A stretch of 64,000 nucleotides of DNA from assembly GCA_044226015.1 (NCBI GenBank), contig JBGAHS010000002.1, positions 529,571-593,570 on the forward strand, given 5' to 3'. This DNA comes from Candidatus Obscuribacteraceae bacterium (GTDB lineage Bacteria > Cyanobacteriota > Vampirovibrionia > Obscuribacterales > Obscuribacteraceae). Shown in pieces: positions 58,536-64,000 of the stretch (positions within the stretch are counted from its first letter, which is position 1; each line of letters begins with the position of its first letter). Both the position numbers and the translations under genes were made by a program. The notes beneath the pieces are model-generated. The model ran no database searches. It had not been told where the DNA came from and worked only from the letters and a program-made list of their open reading frames with translations.

Positions 58536-59915
58536 TTAAACTGCGGCAAATAATAGATTCAAGCTCTCTGCCATAGTCGGATGGGTGAAGATGGTATCAC
58601 GCACCGTCGTATATGGCAGCTTACCAATCATAGCCATTTGCACAACAGACATCACTTCTCCCGCCGAATGACAAAGGAGAGAGCAACCCAATATCTGCTT
58701 CGATTCTTTATCGATAACAGCTTTCAAAAGCCCTTTCACTTCACCTGAGGTATTTGATCGCGGAATCTTGGCTGCGGGAATTTTCGCAAGCAGAATGTCA
58801 AAACCTTTCTTTCGGGCTTGCTCTTCCGTTAGACCAACCCGACCAAGTTCAGGATCTATGAAAAGTGTATACGGTACAAGTCGGCCCGCAGTCGAACGAT
58901 TTGCGTTGTGAAGAACATTGTCTCGAATAATTCGAAAGTCGTCCCACGAGACGTGAGTAAAAAGCGGTCCACCATTGCAATCACCAATAGCCCAAATATT
59001 TTCTGCGTCTGTCTCTAGTTTGTCGTTTACCTTGATGTTGCCTCGCTCGTCTGTTTTGACTCCGCACAGCTCAAGGTTCAAGCCTTCGGTATTAGGCTTG
59101 CGTCCTATCGCGAGCATTAGATGGCTGCATTGCAGCGGCTCTGCATCGGCAAGACTAACGGCAACGCCAGATGAACCATCGCGCGCCACAGACTGAATTT
59201 TCGCATTCGAAATAAATCGAATGCCGTCATCTTGCAATATCTGTTTCACGCAATCTGCAATGTCAGCATCTTCAGCCGGTAGGAAGCGTTCGCCCCTGAG
59301 CAGAACAGTAACTGCGCTGCCAAGCCTGCGAAAGACTTGAGCAAACTCCAAGGCGATATAGCCACCACCCACGATGACTAGATGTTCAGGCAACACTTCC
59401 AATTCCATTATTGAGGTGCTGGTGAGATAAGGTACCTCCGCAAGCCCTGGAGTATCAGGAACGGAAGTTCTGCTGCCAGTATTGATGTAAATGCGCTTAG
59501 CGGTAAGCAAGCGATTTGTCTTATCTTCCGCTTCCACTGAAATTGATTTCGCTCCAGCAAATTTGCCGGTGCCAAGAATAAAAGTGAGATTCGGAGTTTT
59601 TGTGAACAGATCCCAATGTGTGTTCACCATGTTAGCCACCACCTTGCGCTTACGTTCAACAATGCTTTTCAGACTTGGAAGGGCCGGGGCTGACTGAACA
59701 CCAAGATGCGCAGAGTGGTTTATTGAATCGAAAAGCTTCGCGCTTGCAACCATGGTCTTAGTAGGAATGCAGGCGACGTTTATGCAGGTGCCGCCAATTT
59801 GTCCTCTTTCAATGAGCGCAACCTTGTGTCCTGCTTGCGCAAGGGCAAGAGCTAGCGTCTTTCCCCCTTTGCCACCACCCAAGACTATGTCATCAAAAAT
59901 TTCTTCAGCAGACAC
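58536..59915 (-). CDS. Flavoprotein pyridine nucleotide-disulfide oxidoreductase (RclA/MerA-like)
   Basis: GGGKGG, GGTCINVACIPTK, GGGYIALE, IFTHPTMAESLN; no C-terminal Cys pair. Confidence 0.9.
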   Translation of the reverse strand: MSAEEIFDDIVLGGGKGGKTLALALAQAGHKVALIERGQIGGTCINVACIPTKTMVASAKLFDSINHSAHLGVQSAPALPSLKSIVERKRKVVANMVNTHWDLFTKTPNLTFILGTGKFAGAKSISVEAEDKTNRLLTAKRIYINTGSRTSVPDTPGLAEVPYLTSTSIMELEVLPEHLVIVGGGYIALEFAQVFRRLGSAVTVLLRGERFLPAEDADIADCVKQILQDDGIRFISNAKIQSVARDGSSGVAVSLADAEPLQCSHLMLAIGRKPNTEGLNLELCGVKTDERGNIKVNDKLETDAENIWAIGDCNGGPLFTHVSWDDFRIIRDNVLHNANRSTAGRLVPYTLFIDPELGRVGLTEEQARKKGFDILLAKIPAAKIPRSNTSGEVKGLLKAVIDKESKQILGCSLLCHSAGEVMSVVQMAMIGKLPYTTVRDTIFTHPTMAESLNLLFAAV

Positions 59916-60057
59916 CAGCGTTCCTCACATTTCCGAACTAAAGCTGTATTTTACCTCAGACAAGACGAGGCGAGATCCACTATGCCCGCAAATGCATAGC
60001 ACAAGATTGGATGCCGCCAAGGATGGAGCAACCAAGCAGATGTAAACAGTGAAGAGT

Positions 60058-61254
60058 CTATTTAGAACTATTCAAGTGAGCATCGGACTTCATTGCGTCG
60101 ATCAAAGAAGCGTAGAACTTCTCTCCACCACGTCCGTTAAGGTGGCAGCAATCTTCAAAGTCCTGCAGTGAATAGCCAAGGTGCTTAGTTCCAATATCGA
60201 GGAAATTTGCATCATATTGCTCACACAAATGGGCTAATGATTCCGTGTAAGCAGCATAAGCCTTGGGTCCCAACGCTGCGACATTCTCTTCTGTCAACGG
60301 CATATTTACCACTACAACACGCGTTCCATTGTTCTTTGCGGCAACCAGCAGCTTCTGCAAAAATCCGCTCTGCTGCTCGAGCATTTGATAGTTCGGCGGG
60401 TTATAAAGCTTCTTGTATGTCTCGAGATCCTTCAAGCGATTTGGTCTGTCACCTACATAAGTGGTGACTGCGATTTCTGACTTAGCCTGATGCCCACTCA
60501 TTGAACATGCAAAATCCACAGCAAGTGAGCGAAGCCTCGCAATGACCTTCTCTACTTTATGTTGCGCTTTTATCGCCGACTCTTTTATTTTTGCAGCGCT
60601 CCATTTAGACGGCAGAAGCGAATCTTGCTCGTACTCTTTTATAAACTGGCGCGTGGGAGTTTCCAAATATTTTTGCTGGGTATTATCGAGAAAATCTCTC
60701 GGTGCAAGACCGAGCACAACAACTTTTGGATGTTTGTTTTCTTGCAACATCAAACGATAAATGCCAAATTGATCAGACATAATCGAAGAAGCAACACCCA
60801 GATTTTTTACCGAGAAATTTAGTCCGGCTTGTTCCTTCAATTTCGACTGAAAATACTTAGCCTGAGTGTATTCTGGGATGTAGCGGTCATAATACCAGCG
60901 GTCATAGCAAGCCAACTTATTATCCATTTTGTCATCACATCTCACTGCAGGTGTGAGCACCAGTGACGAACCAAGAAAAACCAAATCGGGATCTTCCCTG
61001 GACGGCAAGAACGCAGCAAGCTTGGTTACGAGAACTCTAAAAGTTCCAGTGACACCATCTGCAGCATTAAGGTATCTAGAAGGAATCGCCAATGCAATAA
61101 AAAACGATATAGTCAAAAACGCCAGTGTGAGCAGCACTGCACTCTTCCAAAATGAAGCAGAGGAGTTCGGAGCAAGATCATTTGGTAGTCCAGGAGAAAC
61201 CTTGTCCACCTGTGGTTTGACAATAGTCGCAGTACTTTCTACAGACTGACTCAT
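60058..61254 (-). CDS. Membrane-anchored SGNH-like (DUF1574) acyltransferase partner
   Basis: TM helix, LGSS, PRDFLDN (cf. LRDFVDN in 6854 gene), FEDCCHLN. Confidence 0.75.
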   Translation of the reverse strand: MSQSVESTATIVKPQVDKVSPGLPNDLAPNSSASFWKSAVLLTLAFLTISFFIALAIPSRYLNAADGVTGTFRVLVTKLAAFLPSREDPDLVFLGSSLVLTPAVRCDDKMDNKLACYDRWYYDRYIPEYTQAKYFQSKLKEQAGLNFSVKNLGVASSIMSDQFGIYRLMLQENKHPKVVVLGLAPRDFLDNTQQKYLETPTRQFIKEYEQDSLLPSKWSAAKIKESAIKAQHKVEKVIARLRSLAVDFACSMSGHQAKSEIAVTTYVGDRPNRLKDLETYKKLYNPPNYQMLEQQSGFLQKLLVAAKNNGTRVVVVNMPLTEENVAALGPKAYAAYTESLAHLCEQYDANFLDIGTKHLGYSLQDFEDCCHLNGRGGEKFYASLIDAMKSDAHLNSSK

Positions 61255-62798
61255 TTAGCCGGTGTCTCCTTAACGTAAGGATCCACCTTTGGAGCAAGGG
61301 CTTTTGCTACGAACTCATGACCAGCCGCTGTGTAATGAACCAGAAAGAAAAGAGCGTCCTTGTCTTTTGCGGGAAGAGTCTTGGCGTCCTCATGCACATT
61401 TAGGAGCGGAATTTGCTTTTCAGCACAAATGCCTTGCAACATTTTGATTTCATCGTTGTAATCGAAATCAAGAAAAGCCGTTTGCATTCCCTGCTTTGCG
61501 GAAAGAGCCGAACGCACAGGAAGAGCAACAACCGCGAATTTTGCGCCATTCGCTTCTGACACCGTCTTCATTTCATAGAAAAGCGAGCCGAGCGTTCTAA
61601 CAATCAAATCCTGATAATTGAGGCGCCCTGATTTTGGAGCTTCACTGGATGAGGCAGCAGATACTTTGGATTCAGGCGCGGATTTAGCAGCGCTTTCTTT
61701 TCGGACGGATCCCTCATCCTTGCTAGAAGCCCCCAGGATGGCGGGTTTACCAGGTGCGGGTTTACCAGGAGTGGATTTACTAACGCTTTCCTTTCCGACA
61801 GATCCCGAGGGCTGGCTAGAAGGCGCCAGGATGGCAGTGTTCCCATGAGTCAAGCTAGCAGTGGAGCTGCCAGCGCTTTCGTTTACGGCTGATGCCGTGG
61901 AGAGCTTTTTGCTGGCGGCAGCACCGCGCAGCTGTTTGATTTGCGTGTTGAACCAAGCCTTCGTCTCATCAAAAGTTAGTCGAATTGCTTTTCCTGGACG
62001 AGTCATGAACAACGACAACTTCTTATAGGTTTCGTTATGCATACTCCAGTCAAGTTCCGCTGCTGCATAAAGCCCCCAGAGGCGGCTGTTCTCCCTGAGG
62101 AACTCGACGTTCTTCAAGAATCGCGCACGCGGAGTCTTCATCCATCCGGTTACAGGGCTGCAATCAATCGTCAGTTTCTGGCCCGGCAAATGCAGCGCAG
62201 CAGGGCGAACATTTGTCAGCACCTCATCTGGTGGCGACCAATTTTCAAAGCAGTCGCGACTGTTGTAGCAAAGCAAAACTAAATCAGGATTGAACTTCAA
62301 AACCTGCTTCTTCAGCTGCAAATATTCCTGTACAGTCGAATAACCAGAAGTTCCAAAATTGATTACCTGAACAGGGCGACCAAGTTCATCGCTAAGCTTC
62401 TTCTCAATCTTGTAGCCAAAGCTTTCTTCGACCGGAACCTGCAAACTCTCGGTAAGGGAATCTCCAAGCAGCGCTACTCGATATGTGCCTGCAGGTTTAG
62501 CTACAGTGATACCACTTTCGCGCAACCCTTCCTTATCAAAATAAGAGGTAGCAAAGCCCTCTGAACGCCATGTGATCTTCTTATTGCACATGTGCCTAAA
62601 ACCGAGCTCAGGGTCTAGTTTATAGATTTCCTCCTCGCCCAGCCCAGCAACAAATAACGACGCCTCGACAAGCATAACCGCCATGATTTGCCAGGCAATA
62701 ATTTTTCCAGCAAGAGCCACGAGCGATCCTTTCTTATCGCTCTTATTCTGAGCTTGATCTTTGATTGTTTTTTCTTTTGTTGAAGAAAACATCGTCAA
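61251..62798 (-). CDS. Membrane-anchored SGNH/GDSL hydrolase-family protein (AlgJ/AlgX-like)
   Basis: LLGDS, NFGTSGY, HYTAAGH. Confidence 0.8.
   Translation of the reverse strand: MTMFSSTKEKTIKDQAQNKSDKKGSLVALAGKIIAWQIMAVMLVEASLFVAGLGEEEIYKLDPELGFRHMCNKKITWRSEGFATSYFDKEGLRESGITVAKPAGTYRVALLGDSLTESLQVPVEESFGYKIEKKLSDELGRPVQVINFGTSGYSTVQEYLQLKKQVLKFNPDLVLLCYNSRDCFENWSPPDEVLTNVRPAALHLPGQKLTIDCSPVTGWMKTPRARFLKNVEFLRENSRLWGLYAAAELDWSMHNETYKKLSLFMTRPGKAIRLTFDETKAWFNTQIKQLRGAAASKKLSTASAVNESAGSSTASLTHGNTAILAPSSQPSGSVGKESVSKSTPGKPAPGKPAILGASSKDEGSVRKESAAKSAPESKVSAASSSEAPKSGRLNYQDLIVRTLGSLFYEMKTVSEANGAKFAVVALPVRSALSAKQGMQTAFLDFDYNDEIKMLQGICAEKQIPLLNVHEDAKTLPAKDKDALFFLVHYTAAGHEFVAKALAPKVDPYVKETPAK
61679..61836 (-). 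repeat. Imperfect duplication at 93-bp period with nested 15-bp tandem repeat in SGNH linker
   Basis: AIL..SS...GSV.KES..KS.P twice; gcgggtttaccagg x2 at 61741-61769. Confidence 0.75.
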
Positions 62799-62804
62799 GC
62801 CTCA

Positions 62805-64000
62805 CTAAAACTGGAAATAAATGAAAGGAGTAACTTGCGTCGGGCGCGCAGCAAACAAAAATAGCAAAGTCGCGGTCCACGCGGCGAGCCTGACATGAAT
62901 CGGAAACACCAGCTCTGCTGGCGACTTCAAATCACGTTTGACCTTCAGGTACTCGGTCAAAAGCCAAAATGCCATATAAATGGTTCCGAAAACTGGAACC
63001 CCAGTTCTAATTAGCAACTCCATAGTATTGGGCTGCATGGCAAAATTTCCGAGAGAATTGAAAATGTTCATCGTCGTTCCGAGGTTAGGCGCTCGGAACA
63101 TCACGAAGCAAGCCGCCACAAACATGAAGGTCATGATTGCATTTAGAACCCGCATAGGTGGAAGACTCAGAATCTGCTTAGCCGTAACAGTCTTATCCAA
63201 ACGTGATTTCCAAATTCGGTTTAGAACCAGAGCACAGCCATGCAGCGCGCCCCATGCAACAAACTGCCAGGCAGCACCATGCCAGAGACCGCACAGCGTC
63301 ATGGTGACGAGAAGATTTTTCAAACCAGCAAAATATGAGCAGCGTGACCCGCCCATTGGAATATAGATGTAGTCGCGAATCCACGACGAAAGCGAAATGT
63401 GCCAACGCCGCCAGAATGTTGCGATATCTTCGGATATGTATGGAACCTGGAAATTAACTGGAAGACGTATGCCCAACAAAAGTGCCGAGCCACGACCCAT
63501 GTCGGTATAGCCAGAGAAATCGCAGAATATCTGAATCGAAAACCCGATGAAAGCCAGCCACGCATCTATCGCAGAAACGGGCTGCACTGCAGCATACGTC
63601 GGAGCAATGACCCAGCCGAGAGGGTCAGCAATAGCTACCTTTTTGAACAATCCCTGTGCAATCAAAGTCATGCCTTCATAGAGAAGTTCTTTAGACCACG
63701 GAGTGGGATGACGAAGATTCTCTTCAAAATCCTGATACCGCTTAATTGGACCCGCGATTTGCGATGGAAAGAAAGCCGCAAAAGCAGCGAATTCCATCCA
63801 TGATTTGACGCTCTTACTGCCTTTATAAACATCAACAAGGTAGTGAATAAACTCAAAAACAAAGAAGGAAATGCCGAGCGGCAGAATTATTTGCAGCGCC
63901 GGCGAATGCATTGTTGCAAGTGTCGCGTTGTGAAGCTGCGTGCCCAACAAATTGAGCAGCGACACTGAATTACTCAACAAGAAATTACTGTACTTGAAGT
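62805..64000 (-). CDS. MBOAT O-acyltransferase (AlgI/PatA/DltB family), 5' end beyond window
   Basis: Frame open to window end (..FKYSNFLL); LPLGISFF, DFSGYTD, FWRRWHISLS, GLWHGA, terminal FIYFQF. Confidence 0.92.
   Translation of the reverse strand, partial: FKYSNFLLSNSVSLLNLLGTQLHNATLATMHSPALQIILPLGISFFVFEFIHYLVDVYKGSKSVKSWMEFAAFAAFFPSQIAGPIKRYQDFEENLRHPTPWSKELLYEGMTLIAQGLFKKVAIADPLGWVIAPTYAAVQPVSAIDAWLAFIGFSIQIFCDFSGYTDMGRGSALLLGIRLPVNFQVPYISEDIATFWRRWHISLSSWIRDYIYIPMGGSRCSYFAGLKNLLVTMTLCGLWHGAAWQFVAWGALHGCALVLNRIWKSRLDKTVTAKQILSLPPMRVLNAIMTFMFVAACFVMFRAPNLGTTMNIFNSLGNFAMQPNTMELLIRTGVPVFGTIYMAFWLLTEYLKVKRDLKSPAELVFPIHVRLAAWTATLLFLFAARPTQVTPFIYFQF

Noticed and set aside
58536..59915. Mercuric reductase merA
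   Set aside because: Lacks C-terminal Cys pair, NmerA domain and mer operon context

Overview
Bacterial chromosomal window with no rRNA, tRNA, CRISPR array or transposase detected. Gene style (Gly-rich giant secreted protein, many signal-peptide/TPR proteins, DUF1574-like SGNH proteins) suggests Melainabacteria/Vampirovibrionia (Obscuribacterales-like); this is inference only. Contents in order: (1) 5' part of a giant Gly-rich secreted protein gene (1-2334, missing from the ORF track); (2) a ~19-kb cell-envelope glycan locus with DprE1/DprE2-like genes, GtrB-like GT2, rfbF, rmlABDC, a priming phosphoglycosyltransferase, WbbL-like GT2, two GT-C enzymes and an MBOAT/SGNH acylation pair; (3) a PadR/Cdd1/VOC divergon with a 23-bp palindrome; (4) mixed genes (transglutaminase-like, SDR, HDAC family, ung, MFS, TPR, DUF1460); (5) a Dsr1-like anti-phage sirtuin followed by a SET-domain gene; (6) a second MBOAT/SGNH pair and umuDC; (7) an ~8-kb non-canonical chaperone-usher-like pilus locus (4 pilin-like subunits, 2 chaperones, a usher-like protein, an embedded NarL-type regulator), the best candidate for an undescribed system; (8) glgP, two unknown proteins, an RclA-like reductase and a third MBOAT/SGNH cassette running off the end. 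Several degenerate tandem-repeat arrays lie in convergent intergenic gaps and inside SGNH linkers. All functional calls come from motif recognition by eye, not database searches.
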